A stretch of DNA of 64,000 nucleotides from Lama guanicoe (Eukaryota). The stretch spans positions 6,897,838 through 6,961,837 of the forward strand of contig MU056050.1 of NCBI GenBank assembly GCA_013239625.1. The letters run 5' to 3'. The position numbers were made by a program, and so were the translations under genes. The notes under the pieces were generated by a model that was not told the origin of the DNA, did not search any database, and saw nothing but the letters and a program-made list of their open reading frames with translations. Position 1 is the first letter of the stretch; each line of letters opens with the position of its first letter. Positions 14,154 through 27,110 of the stretch are shown here, in pieces.

Positions 14154-14374
14154 CTAATATTATTTTTAAGGACTTTCAAGCAGCTGAAGCATTTAAAGGT
14201 TGTGTAAGTCTTCTGTTCATCATCAACAGCTCCTTCATGTCTTCCATAGTAAAAGTCACTGACTAACATAATCAATTTCCCTTTCTCTGCACCAGTCTTG
14301 TTTCTATTTTCATGACTTGAAAGTTCTACTTTAATCATGTCCAAAAATGTATTTACCATGTCTGGACAACAACG
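14154..14374 (-). CDS. ZNF280C: ZNF280C exon 9 (221 nt)
   Basis: tttcag|CGTTGTTGT...ATTAG|gtatgt; RCCPDMVNTFLDMIK...GKLIMLVSDFYYGRHEG...TFKCFSCLKVLKNNI. Confidence 0.95.
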
Positions 14375-15558
14375 CTGAAAGATAAAAATATATATAAATC
14401 TTACTATACTTCCTTGAAAAATTAGATACCAAAAAAAAATTCTGTGTTTATAACTAGGGCCAGCTCACATGGAAAGATAGTCTCTCAGAGTTTTAATCAC
14501 AAACAGTTCTATAATAAATAAAAGTTACATTTTAGAAAATGTTTGCCACTTTCTCCAGGTGCAGAAGTGTATATAATATGCTATGATTTGTGCATAATAG
14601 ATGGAAAATAAGACCATTCATGTGTGCCTGTATATGCAGAAAGTCAAAGAGGATACAAAACAAATTAATAAAAAAAAATTTCCTTTGTGAGTCATACTGG
14701 GAATTAGGCAAATAGGAGACGGGGTGTGATTTTTCATATATTTGTTCTTGTACTTTTTGAATCATCTGACTATATTACCCAGCCCCCAAATTAAATAAGC
14801 CAAAGATAGCTAAAAACCTCAGCCCTTTCTTTTCTCTCTCCATTTTTGATGCAAAACATAGAAACATCAAGCATCTCTACACAATATTACATAAATAGGA
14901 AACCTGAAAGCACTTGCAGAAGTTACTTCTCACTTTTAAAACCAAACCCCAAAGTCCAGTTAACAGAAGTCACACTCAGAGAGGTGAAAATAGTGATAGA
15001 TCAAATACAGTTTTGCCCAAAAATGAAGAGACTATTTGGACTTTTAGGATGCTCCTTTTCTATGTTTTTTTGTAAAATGCTGAATTTCAGTGAAAACATT
15101 GACAATCTTTGAAATAGTGAGCAATAACTTTTCCCAAATTGCTTCCTTTGCCTTGCATTCTTCTCATCCATTCTTTCCTGTATATAATCTACATTGCCTT
15201 TTTTCTTGCCTCCTTTCCTGCCATTTATATTGGGCAAAGAGAATACAGACTATCTTTCCACAGATGCACAGGACACTGTAATATCTACTAAAATATTTTC
15301 ATTAGTACTTTGAAAATCTCCTAAAACCTAATTTCAAGAGCTTCTTACACCAATATAAAGCTAGAATTAATCTATAATAACTACACAAACTATATTCTGG
15401 ATTTAGTTAAAACTATCATTTCATATTAAATGCCCCACCTATAGGAGTTTATGTCTGAGTGCTGAAAATTAAAATGCAAGGCTAACATTTTCATTGAGTA
15501 ATGTGACATGCATATGTCACCATGGACAAAAAAAATGAAGCCAAAAAAGGAATTAAGT

Positions 15559-15720
15559 GGGGAGGGTACAGCTCAGTGGTAGAATGAGTGTTTACCATGC
15601 ACGAGGTCCTGGGTTCAATTCTCAGTATCTTCCTTAAAAAAAAAATTTATTTTTAATAAAAGAATTATTTAATTATTACTAATTACTGCCCCCACCAAAA
15701 AAACAAACAAAAAAAGTTTA
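15559..15720 (+). mobile_element. tRNA-derived SINE (camelid Vic-1-like) with 16-bp TSD
   Basis: ggggagggtacagctcagtggtagaa...gtcctgggttcaatt (A and B boxes), A-rich tail; TSD aaaaaaggaattaagt at 15543-15558 and 15721-15736. Confidence 0.85.
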
Positions 15721-16096
15721 AAAAAAGGAATTAAGTTACATGAAAGATTAAGCACCCAATAAAATGCCTGCTTCACAAGAAGTTTGAAGAATGGCATGTC
15801 CTAGTCAATAAAATATTCTGATTAATACATGATTTTCCTTAAAAATTAAAATATAACATGCATATACTATAGTGTATGTAAACTTAATTTTAAAAATTTA
15901 ATGACTAGAAGGATTTTTAAATCTTGTATAAAGATAATCATTATGAATATCAGTTTTTACTTAAGTTAAATGAAAATACCAATGAGAAGATATCTTATCT
16001 AAATATCTGGACAAACTAGCATTTACTAAATATCAGTCCTTAATATTTTCAGAGATTTGTGAATATTTTCAAAAGTCAAATATTGAAAAATTTTAC

Positions 16097-16206
16097 CTTC
16101 ATGTGATACTTCAAAGGATCCAAAAGATTGAACTGAACATTGCACTTTGGACAGGATCTCAGAAAAGGCATTCCAGTTTTATGAGAAATTGGTGAGGTAT
16201 TGGTAC
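16097..16206 (-). CDS. ZNF280C: ZNF280C exon 8 (110 nt)
   Basis: ttttag|GTACC...ATGAAG|gtaaaa; GTNTSPISHKTGMPFLRSCPKCNVQFNLLDPLKYHMK. Confidence 0.94.
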
Positions 16207-16345
16207 CTAAAATAAAACTTTAATGATTAAAATTCTTCTTTTTTTAACCTTAAATACAGCCAGTAATAATTATTTCAAAATTCATCATAATTTCTGAAAT
16301 TTAGGTATACATAATTTCTTTTTTGTATGCCAGTTTCATATTTAC

Positions 16346-16516
16346 CTTTTGATATCATAACATGGGAGGATGCCACTGAAGGAGAGTTAATTAAAGACAA
16401 TGAAGAACAAGGATTTATTTCAGAAACACTTTCGCCGGTCTTTGGCTTTTTTGGATTAACACTTTTTACTTTAGAAGCAGTAGAACGTTTTTTTATAGGC
16501 AGAGTTTCACCTAGAC
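16346..16516 (-). CDS. ZNF280C: ZNF280C exon 7 (171 nt)
   Basis: ctgtag|GTCTAGG...AAAG|gtaaat; GLGETLPIKKRSTASKVKSVNPKKPKTGESVSEINP...VASSHVMISK. Confidence 0.9.
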
Positions 16517-19387
16517 CTACAGTGATTTAAATAGTGGGAAAGATATTTGAAATTGCTTTAGTATAGAATATTGTTTACAAATGCTATTAAAATGGCCTTA
16601 CATTTAAAATTAAGTAAAAAATACTTTGGAGATAAAGGTGATATAATTGAATTATCATATCATACAACTGACAATAAAGAATTTATATAATCAACATATA
16701 GAAATTGCACAGCTATTATGGACTACACAGTTTGAAAAATTCATGAAATAAACTTTTTATGCAAGAATATTCTAAAGATGTTTTCAAATAAAGAAATATA
16801 AATAAGTATCATTTAGGAAGTCAGACCAAAAAAATCCAAGCCAAAAAAAAAAAAAGCAGCACAGAGAATACTCTAAGTTCAGTTCCAAAAACTGAATTTC
16901 TCTTTAGATGCTTAAATGCATTTGAGCTTATAAACAAAAATAATTTACATTCTAATCTAAAAATTTAGAGAAACTTCTTAAGATACTTTAAAAAAATATC
17001 CTAAGATGTCTAATGGAAAATCAAGTTAGTTCTTTTTCCAGTTAACAAACTGATAGGTAGTTTAAATTATCTATTTAATCCCTAGGTGCAAAGTAGAGAC
17101 AAGTAATCTTGAATATTTTGAATGACAATACCTCACTCATTTATATGAAAAAGTTTGGAGTTATGATGGCTTGTAAATTATGTCCCCCTGATCCTAATGA
17201 TGATGTCTTAGGGAATTCAATGGGCATCTCAGATAGAGCAATTCTCCTTTTATCTTTTATTTTTAAAATTAGACTTTTACACAGATTTTGTTTGAACAGA
17301 GATTTCATTGCTAAAAGTAGTTCTGACTTTGAAAACCATCACCTTAAAGGCTAAAAGGATTATGTAATTTAGGGCATTCACAAGAGAAGTGGGGCTATTT
17401 AGGCTATAACCAGACCCAGAAAAAGTCCTTTTGAAAATAACAGACAACTGTATTTTGTGATAAAGATTCTAAAACTGCACATATTTCAGTGCTCCCAACT
17501 GTACCCTAATAGGAAAAGCAGAACAGATATATGCCAGGAAAATAAGAGTATTACATTAGTGGGCTCCTCTATCAAATCTGTGTTTCATTCTCTGAGGTAA
17601 CACAGAAGTGATTTTTTTTTCATCTTCAAGCTAAGCACATGATTACTGACAGCTATATTGCAGACACTTAGGACTGATTTCAGTGTATTCACACTAACAT
17701 TCTTTTCAGATGCTTAGGTTAAGTGAACAACCAATGAGTGCTGATATTTTGGATTAAGCAACTGGTTATCTAGTAGGTTATTTTATATATAATTTTTAAG
17801 CATGCATAAATCTCCAAGTTAAATAAAATCTCTCTGAGCTCAATAGGTTTAAATTCTGATTCTTTAACTCATTTTTCTCTGTTGCCTTTGGCTTGTGCCA
17901 TTCACTAACCTTAACAGTGCCAATAAAAATCCTATTCTTACTCTTCAAAATCAAGTTCGAATCCAGCCTTCTCCAAGAGCCTATGATCATCCTAGACAGG
18001 AGTCCATTAACCATGTTTCTGAACACATAGTACTATTCTCATTCATAATTATTATTCTAAGAATGTTTATTGTCAAGTCCTTTACAGCTTTGGTGCATTT
18101 TTTACTTCTTAATTATCACATTTGAGCTTCAAAAAAAGCCCTGAGATAAGCAGAGCAAGAATCAAAATTACATAGCTAAGTGGCTGATTTCAGGTCTGGA
18201 GAATGAAGTGCATTATATGAGGAAAATAAAAGTATCTATCTTAATAATGTGAAAACTGAAGTATAAAGAGGTTAAGTGAATTAATAAAGGCCAGAAAAAT
18301 ATTTAGAATAGAGGCTCAAGTCTGTATTTTCCTAATTAACTATAACCCTTTTTACCATCAGGGCAAAATTCTACTTCCTGCAGTATAATAACTTAGAGAG
18401 AGAGTAGAAGCTTCAAGAATTCAGATTTTTTTCTCTGAATAAAGACTGTGTGCTTTATAAAATCAAATTTTAGACATCTATTTTATCTCTTTATTTATTT
18501 TGGTTCTTGGCTATTTTACTAACTAGATAAGTGACAAAGTGACACCTAGATAAGTAAATATCAAACCAAGTATTATCAAGGGGAAATATTTTTGGCACAC
18601 ATAATACTATAAATTTCTTTCTATTTTGGTTTGGTAAATATACCCCAATCTGTTAGTAAACAATTTAAACATTCACAAAAATTCTTGTGTACCTTTCTCC
18701 ATTTAATGAAATATATCAAATTTGCTAATATGGAAATAGTAATTGCTCTGATTATAAGGAATTGTTCCACAAGATAAAATTCCTTTGTGGCATACTAATT
18801 TATTTCAGGTTAATGAAGAACTTTGTTATGATACATAATCAAAGAACTATAATTCTTCTTCAATTGGAGACTTTCATTATTCCTTCAATGGATATTTGCT
18901 GAGTACTTTACTATGTGGAAATCACTTATTTTTTTAGTACTGCCATTTTATACTACTACTCTATAGTCAAATTTAACTATCCACATCTACAACATTAACT
19001 TGGATAGAAAGACACTAGCCTATTAGGAAATCAACTATAACCATTCACTTTTTCTCAAATAATTCCAAATAAACCATAGTACTAGGGTATCAGGGGCCTT
19101 CCCTGACTCACAGGAATTATAGTAAGATTTTTCAGTGCATGGCTGGTTCCGAGTGAGAATGAGCTCAAAGAATATGTTAGCCAACTTAATAAAAAGAAAT
19201 AAAATATTCTATCATAAAATACAATTTGATATAAAATCACCCAAGAAAGGAATTCAGGAATTATTAGCTTCCATTTTACAATATATAAAAAACTTAACAT
19301 GAAGGTATGAGCTTCAAAATAGAAATTCACTGTATATGTATATTAATCATCTCTTTTTATTATATTATAAAAAGTACTAAACCAAAC

Positions 19388-19502
19388 CTTCTACATAAAC
19401 TGTTGATCCATCTTGGGACAGTGGTATTGTATCCTGGGTCAAATCAAACAGTAAATCTGAAGAATCATCTGATTCATCCTGTGATGAATTCTTTGTAAAA
19501 TC
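19388..19502 (-). CDS. ZNF280C: ZNF280C exon 6 (115 nt)
   Basis: ttacag|GATTTT...GAAG|gtttgg; DFTKNSSQDESDDSSDLLFDLTQDTIPLSQDGSTVYVE. Confidence 0.9.
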
Positions 19503-20880
19503 CTGTAAAAAATTATAATTACCCAGCTTTATAAAGTTTTATAAAGGTAAATTTAACTGTATGTCAATACTATAAAGATAACCTTAATGATTCAATTACT
19601 AATAAGTTAGAAAACACAAAGAGAATTATTACTTGCTGTCAAAACTAGCATCTACTGGGTAAAGGGTATATGAAAACTCCCTGGACTATTTTTGTAATTT
19701 TTCTGGATATCTAAAACTAGTTTTAAATTAGAAGTTAAAGTTCAGCAAAGTAGAGGTTATATTTTGGTACAATGTTGCTGCAAGAAAATTTTGGCATTCT
19801 CTATCAAGGGCTTTAAAAAGTTCCTATCTTTTGATCCAATTATTTGAAATATTTCATTTCCAAGAATTTATGTAAAGGAAATGAAAATGTTTAATGGATA
19901 ATCATTTATAATAGCAAGAATCAAAACCCTGTATGTCCTGCAACGGCAGAATGGTTAAATGAATTAAATGATAGACTATCATGCAACATTATGTTTTTGA
20001 AAAATATCCAATGACAAAAAGAAATGTTCCAATATAAAGTTTGGTGAAAAAAAGAGGAATAGATATCTGTGCATAAAATAAAGTCCTGATTCATATACTT
20101 TATATAACACACTAACCATCTGCAGAAAAAAATTCTTTTCTGTTTCTTTTCAACCCCGCCTCCCCACACCAAATCCCATACATTTTACCTTTATCATGGG
20201 AATATAAGGATCTTGCTTGCGTGTTTTGTGCTTACAGGTTGAGAGACAATCAGGTATTAAGAATTTTACTTTGCTACTAAGTTTTCTGTTGACATAGATT
20301 TATTAAGAGGTTATGGAGACAGATATCGAAGTGACACAAACCATTCTACTCCTAGAATTTGAGGCCTAACAGGCAGATTTCTGCATTTGGGCCTTAATAT
20401 GTATTATATAAAATCAATAATAGCTAGATGACTTAATTGTAACCAAGCATAATCTTACTGCAAGGTAAATATTTTCTCCAAATATTTGCACTTAAAAATG
20501 GAAAATACTCCTTAGTATTTTTCAAAATAGTTCTTTGTCAGAAGTTCCTCCAAATAAAGTTTATACTTTAAATCCTTTCCTAGGTGATAACTCTGGTCAA
20601 TTAAGTACCACCATTTCAGAGAGCAAACACATTATTAAACATGTAGCTTGTTAAAATAATTTTCCAACTGGGATTTTTTAATAGCTCATAAAATATTTCA
20701 GAAAGATACCAAATACAATGGTAAGGTACAGGAGGTGATAGATTGGGACTCAGAAGACCTTTCATTTTACTATGGAACCTTGGGCAAGTCACTTCTGAGA
20801 TTCAAGCTATTCACCTTTCCAACTGAAATAATAGCCACCACTTATTGTCTATTTAAAATGTACTTGCCTCTTTCATAGTA

Positions 20881-21360
20881 CAGACAGTCCCAGACTTGCG
20901 ATGGTTCAACTTACAATTTTCCACATTACGATGATGTGAAAGTGATATGCATTCAGTAGAGACCGTACTTCAAATTTTCATCTTTTCTCAGGCTAGCAAT
21001 ATGTGGTACAATATTCTTGTGGTGCTGGGCAGTGGCAGCGAGCTGCAGCTCCCAGTCAGCCACACGATCACGAGGATAAACAACCAATACACTTAGAACC
21101 ATTCTGTTCTTCACTTTCAGTACAGTATTCAATAAAACACATGAGATATTTAACACTTTAATATAAAATAAGCTTTGTATTAGATGATTTTGCCCTACCA
21201 TAGGCTAATGTACAAGTGTTCTGAGTACATTTAACATAGGCTAGGCTAAGCTACGATGTTTGGTTGGTTAGGTGTATTAAGTGCATTTTCAATTTACAGT
21301 ATTTTCAACTTACTATGGGTGTATCAAGACATAATCCCATCGTAAGTCAAGGAAGATCTA
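20881..21360. mobile_element. MER47-like Tigger (TcMar) MITE
   Basis: TIR-like ends cagacagtcccagacttgcgatgg / ccatcgtaagtcaaggaagatcta with TA flanks; interior matches MER47. Confidence 0.8.
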
Positions 21361-22384
21361 TACTACATGTACTCATTCTATTAAGCAGTCATCACAGCAG
21401 TACTAATGAAGACCTAATATGATCTCCCATGTTTTAAATAGGTAAACCAAAGTTAAGTATGGTTAAATCAGGTGCCCAGCACAACCCAGCTTGTTATTGA
21501 TGATGAAACTGGAATTAGATCCCAAGTCAGCCTTTTTATAAAGCCTACGCCTTAAGCTACATCACACTTACTTTAAAAGGGATAATAATAATTATCTCCC
21601 TGCCTGCCCAAAAGAGTTATTAAGGTTACAGAGAATGAAAAAGTTTAAAAATTTAAGAGAAAATTCCCTTATATAGGATTCTCAATTCCTTTGAGAATAT
21701 ATGTCTGACATTCTCAACCTTGGCTGCATATTAGAATCACCTGGAGAGTTTTTTGTTTTTAAATCTCTTATGCCCAGGTCCCAGACCAACTGATAAAAAT
21801 CTCTATTTTTAAAAAGCTCCCTAGGATTGGGAACCTGATTGAGGAACTTTGATTAGACAATCATGGCCACAGAAATAAAAAAAAATTCTGAGTCTGGATA
21901 AGCTCCAGTTTCTAACTTTTCTAACAAGAAAGACACCCCCTCCCCACTTATTATTCTTTCTCCCTGGGTCCAAATAGGAATGATTTTCATCTATATGCAT
22001 TTAAATAATGACGTTTCCTCTATTGTTTTTTCCCTAAATGCCAAACAGCTTATTATAGTATGAGAAAACCACCAAATTAATCTGATTCCAGCTAAAATTA
22101 AATAATTTTTGCATTTCTGATAGCCTGCCACCTTCAGGTGCACCGATTAAGTTTTTAAAAATATTAAAAACAGCCCGTGGATGCTTAGAGGATCCAAGTT
22201 TGAGAGCCAGTGGTCTGCGTAAATGCTCTCATTTTGGAAATGAAGAAAGTGAGACCCATAGAGGTTGTGACAATGTTCTACTTACAACAAAGACAGAATC
22301 AGCATTCAAGTCTCTCATTTTCAATTCAGGTTTCTTGGACTATGAGTCGAGGGCTCATATTACCATTGATAATAGTTTCAGAGT

Positions 22385-23540
22385 GCAGATACAAGTTTTC
22401 CAAAATTCAAATTTTTGCTTGAAAGCTCAAATTTTATCATTGGCAAGAATACTATCAGTTTTCTTCCATGACAGGCACACTTTGTATATTTCTGAGTACT
22501 GCAAAACTGCACGTGGCAGACAGACTCTAAAGGTAGCCCCTATGATTTTCTCCTGATATTTACACTTGTACACTTGTATAATCTCCTGGTGAGTGTGGGC
22601 GGGACCTATGATTGCTTCTGACCCACAGAATATGGCAAAAGTGATGGGATGTACATGACTATGCTACATTGCCCATTTTGCTGAGGACTTTCCTTCCCTT
22701 GCTAGCTTAGAGGAAGCAACCGAGTCATATTAGGAAGGCCTACATAGCAAGGAACTGAGGATGGTCTCCAGCTGAAAGCAGCAAGAAACTGATGCCTTTA
22801 TCTGACAATCCACAAGGAGCTGGATATTGCCAACAACCATGTGAGCTTGGAAGCAGTGTAACTGATACTGCAGTTCTGGCCAACACCTTGATTGCAGCCT
22901 GGTGAGATCTTGAAATAGAGGACCTGGTTAAGTCATACCCCAACTTCTGACTCCCAGAAACCAAGAAATAATAAGTGTATAAATGCTTTAAGCTGCTAAG
23001 TTTGTGGTACTATTGTTCTGCAGCAATAAATAATTACTCCATGATGCTCTGTCAGTCATCCTTTCAAGTAAAAACGGCATTCCATTTTTAAAATACGAGC
23101 CTGTTCAGCTTGCAATTCAATCTCACTAGTGCTTTTCCTCAAGAAAAACTTCATACTTTAAAACTAGACACAGAAATGCTTTATGCATACTACCCATTTC
23201 ATCACACAGAATATTTAAAAAAAGTATATTCAAGGGTTGAGAGTTAATTAGAAGCAATTTATTACTTATTCAAGGATATTCTTAAGTGAAAGTGAAATTT
23301 TTCTACTGTGAGTGCTTGGTGGTCATCAATACAAAAACTACTAGCACAGTTTGGTGCCACTGTCTTGATTCCTATTAAGGCATCAGCAGTTTCACCCTCC
23401 ATTGTCTTTGCTCCACTAGCATAAATGTTGACAAGAGTTAAAAGGACAAAGGTCTTAGTGCTATTACGACAACAGTTTAGACTTCATAGACCCTTAAAAG
23501 AGTCTCAGGGAACCCGGGTGGTCTGTGGAATATACCACTG
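22385..23540 (+). mobile_element. Charlie1-like hAT fragment interrupted by an MLT1 LTR
   Basis: caagttttccaaaattc...gaaagctcaaattttatcattggcaa; resumes at ~23050 with ctttcaagtaaaaacggcattcc. Confidence 0.7.
22512..23041 (+). mobile_element. MLT1E-like MaLR solo LTR
   Basis: gtggcagacagactctaaagg...gtgtgggcgggacct...ttaagctgctaagtttgtgg...gcagcaata. Confidence 0.8.
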
Positions 23541-23619
23541 CTCTAACACAATGCTTTTATTTTTAAAAGTATATACTTAAATATATGGATGGATGTGCAT
23601 ATTTTAAAAACTCTTGGCT

Positions 23620-23830
23620 AACTTGGATCAAAATCCCAGATCCATCATTTACCAGCTGTGTGGTCTTGAGTGAATTATTCAGACTCTCTGAGCCTCAGTT
23701 TCCTCAACTATAAAATGAAAGAAATAATCGTGCTTACCTCATAGGGAAGTCATAAGAATTAAGAGATTAACTTGTATATAGCATTTAGAACTAAGACTTA
23801 TCCATATGACAGACTAACAAATGTTAAATA
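23620..23830 (+). mobile_element. MIR SINE
   Basis: ctctctgagcctcagtttcctcaactataaaatg. Confidence 0.75.
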
Positions 23831-24267
23831 TTACCATTATCTATTATTTCTGTTAAAAGTTTTTAAAAACTAGACTATGAAAGTATGTTTTCAGAATAAA
23901 TAGCAACAATGACCTCAGAAAAATCTTCCCAATTAAGAATACCTGGTTTAGTTTACTATCTTAAGAATTTTGCCATCATGCAATACTCATTACTGATTAT
24001 ACTTTTTTACTTACCTTTAGATAGCAGTTTTCAATATTATACCTGTTTAATTTAAGCATATTACCTAATTTATTAACAGGTTGGATAGTTAGTTCTTGCA
24101 GCTATTATTTTGGGTATTGGCTGAGCTATCATAAAGATGGTGACATTTTCTGATAGTGATTATGCTTCTCCTGAGATGGTAACAAGCTAAGACAGTCCAC
24201 AATTCTAACTGAGTATTATAATATCCAATGTGTCCCTGAGCTAATGTGTAGTTTCAGAAACACTTAC

Positions 24268-24404
24268 AGGTTTAGACACGTTCTGAACAATATCAGAGCT
24301 TTGTGAAGATTTAGATTCAGGACGAAATCTAGGCAAGGCAACCACTGGATATGCTGTTGGGTCTTTGTAGTGTTGACTTGTAGGCTTGAACACATCAGTA
24401 ACAC
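24268..24404 (-). CDS. ZNF280C: ZNF280C exon 5 (137 nt)
   Basis: atacag|GTGTT...AAACCT|gtaagt; GVTDVFKPTSQHYKDPTAYPVVALPRFRPESKSSQSSDIVQNVSKP. Confidence 0.92.
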
Positions 24405-24504
24405 CTGTATTTTAAAATTATACAATACATTGAATATTTTTCTACACAACCAATTTTATAAAAATATTTCACTTTAAAATTAAAATAATACAATAATACT
24501 ATAC

Positions 24505-24570
24505 CTGGACTAACTGTCTCATTCTTTATTCCCTTTGAAGATGAGCTGGGGTTACCTCTGTTTAAAATAT
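24505..24570 (-). CDS. ZNF280C: ZNF280C exon 4 (66 nt)
   Basis: ttatag|ATATTTTA...CCAG|gtatag; NILNRGNPSSSSKGIKNETVSP. Confidence 0.92.
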
Positions 24571-25267
24571 CTATAAAAAATTACATTTATTTTAAAAGTT
24601 CTTATTTGAATGAAATGTATGTTAAGATAATAGAAAAACTTTCCAAAAATATATAGCCAATAATTGAAGTATACTTCTTTCTCTTAATGGTGACAAGGTT
24701 ATATATTACACTTGGGTTACATGACTCAAAAAATCAAGCCCTTGCCCAATCCCCATGCCATGTTCACACCCCTAAAAGCCTAAAAGTTTCATTATGGGCA
24801 AGTACTATTACTCTTGACTTCTGAAGAAGACACTATCAGAGACTGCAGACTAAATTGAATGTAGAGTTTACAAAAGTTATCGCACATTTACTACTACACC
24901 AAAAGTCAATTTGAGCCTGATTTAGATTGCTCACTCTTGTACCCATGTGAACCCATAATTTCTAGATTATTAAGGAATCAAATGAAAATTTGGAAGAGTA
25001 GAGGTCTACCTAAAATTGTAATTCGGAGAATGTACAAAGAAGGAAAAAAATCCCACAAAACATCCAAAAGTTTCCTTTTTTCCTCCTAGTATAAAGGAAC
25101 CAGATCTCATAAAAAATTCTATAAAGTAAAAGGTCACACAAAAGTAGGATTGTTTCATAATATGCAGTACTCTGTGGCTAAGCACTACAGAAGTCTTTTA
25201 GGATAAAAATCCACCCATTCAAACAATCTGATATTACTTTCATTCAGAAATTCAAGATAAGTATTGT

Positions 25268-25410
25268 GACAATGAATATATGTATGTTCATGTATAACTG
25301 AAAAATTGTGCTCTACACTGGAAATTGACACAACATTGTAAACTGACTATAACTCAATAAAAAAAAGTTAAAAAATAAAAATAAATAAAATATATTATCT
25401 CTGGCAAAAA
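25268..25410 (+). mobile_element. Young L1 3' terminus with A-tail
   Basis: tatgttcatgtataactgaaaaattgtgctctacactggaaattgacacaacattgtaaactgactataactcaataaaaaa; flanked by aagtattg on both sides. Confidence 0.8.
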
Positions 25411-26963
25411 AAAAGTATTGACTCAAGCCATTAAAGAGCTATTCCTATAGTACTTTTTGGTGACTGCAGTCTATCAAACACAAGTTTTTATCTCTCTCTC
25501 CTTACAGTGGCTCTTTATAAATATTTAGCTCATGTTTCGTATGTTAAAATATTTTATGGCTCACACATAAAAACATCACTTAAATTCCGAGTTAATTTAG
25601 AAAAGAAATTTCACTGTGGTCAATTTTCTTTTTGATAGAATCACTGAAAACTAATATACATTATTCTAGTTGAGTTGTAGTCATCTATAATTGATATAAA
25701 TCCAACATGAACTGTGATGCCTTCAATAAGATGATTTGAATAATTTTGAAATATGGTAATATTTCAGTATAAAAATAATCACAGTGACTCGGAAACAATA
25801 ATTAAGAAACTATAATATTCTGTTCCTCTATCAGCAGCAAATATGCCAACATGAGTACTTCATTGAAGTGGCACTCTACATAGCATCTCTCAATTTGCTG
25901 CAGGAAATGAAACTGAGAATTAAACTAAATTAAATTATTCTACCATTGATAAAATTGAATAGAAGTGCTGTTCCAAGGTTAGAGTCAAGAGAAGCAAGAA
26001 CTAGGCTTTCAGAAAATTAAAAGCTTTTCTTTTAACCACACTATTTGCACTACCATAGTAAGTAAGAAAACACTGGTATACTGGCTACATTCTTTGGTAA
26101 ATTCTCCTGGATTAACAAAAGTAAATGTAATGAGAAAGAATCTGTTTCTTCATTTTCTGCTGAAACTCAGTATGTTGTTCCTCTGCATTTTACACATTTC
26201 TGACTGGACATTGTAACAAGTATCATCAATATCTTCACTTTAACATTATAACAATGTCAAGTCTAATTACTCTAACAGAAATCCACAGAGATACTGGACA
26301 TGTTCTGCTAGAAAGCCATGAGGATTAAGTGTGCTGACTGCCTAAATCATCCCAGTACAGTGGCTAAAGACCAGGCCATTGTGTATTCTTCATGAACATA
26401 ATCAGGAGTTGCTGGAAGATGGGTGTAGTCAGAAGCTACAGCCCATGTTGGTACACAGACCAGCACCTATTTTGTAGCCATGAATCAAGATGACATTGAT
26501 GAGGCAGTTGCCTGGATGTGAGAAGCGCCATCAGAGACTAACACAAACTTATTTAGTAGTCTGATATTTTAAGCAAAGCATTCCAACACTTCCTTTTCTA
26601 GGCACATTTGGGCTTAAGGGAGAAAAAGAAAGATTAACAAATAAACGGGTAAACAGGCTACCTGGCTCCAATAAAATTATGATTTCCAATCTCAAAAGGC
26701 CTACAATGCTATTAGGTAATCTTAACCTTTAGCTAGTTAACTTTTTCCTTTTCTCTCATATGATATTTTAATCTTTCACACCTCCTTAGTCAAGACCCCA
26801 ACCACATCCTTCCTTTGATTCTCACAAATTCTTACTGACCTCTATGCTCCCTCTCTCTCACCTCCAGCTCTTTAGACTAACAAGGACATATAAGACAGCC
26901 CCAGGTTTTTCCATTAGAAACAATGTCTTATAAAACTTTGCTTCACTGAAAGTAAATGCTTAC

Positions 26964-27110
26964 TTGAAATGGCTGGTTTTGAACTTGATATCTCTCCAAC
27001 AAAGATCAGTTCATCATCATCTTCATCCTGAATTTCTTCTACTTTTTTCTGCCATGGTTCCAGCTCTTCTTCTTCACATTCCATGAACAGTTCTGCCATT
27101 TTGGAATTAC
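26964..27110 (-). CDS. ZNF280C: ZNF280C exon 3 (147 nt), conserved acidic N-terminal motif
   Basis: aattag|GTAATTCC...TCAA|gtaagc; SNSKMAELFMECEEEELEPWQKKVEEIQDEDDDELIFVGEISSSKPAIS. Confidence 0.96.

Noticed and set aside
15559..15635. Functional tRNA gene
   Set aside because: It has an A-rich tail and TSDs and a degenerate cloverleaf, so it is a SINE.
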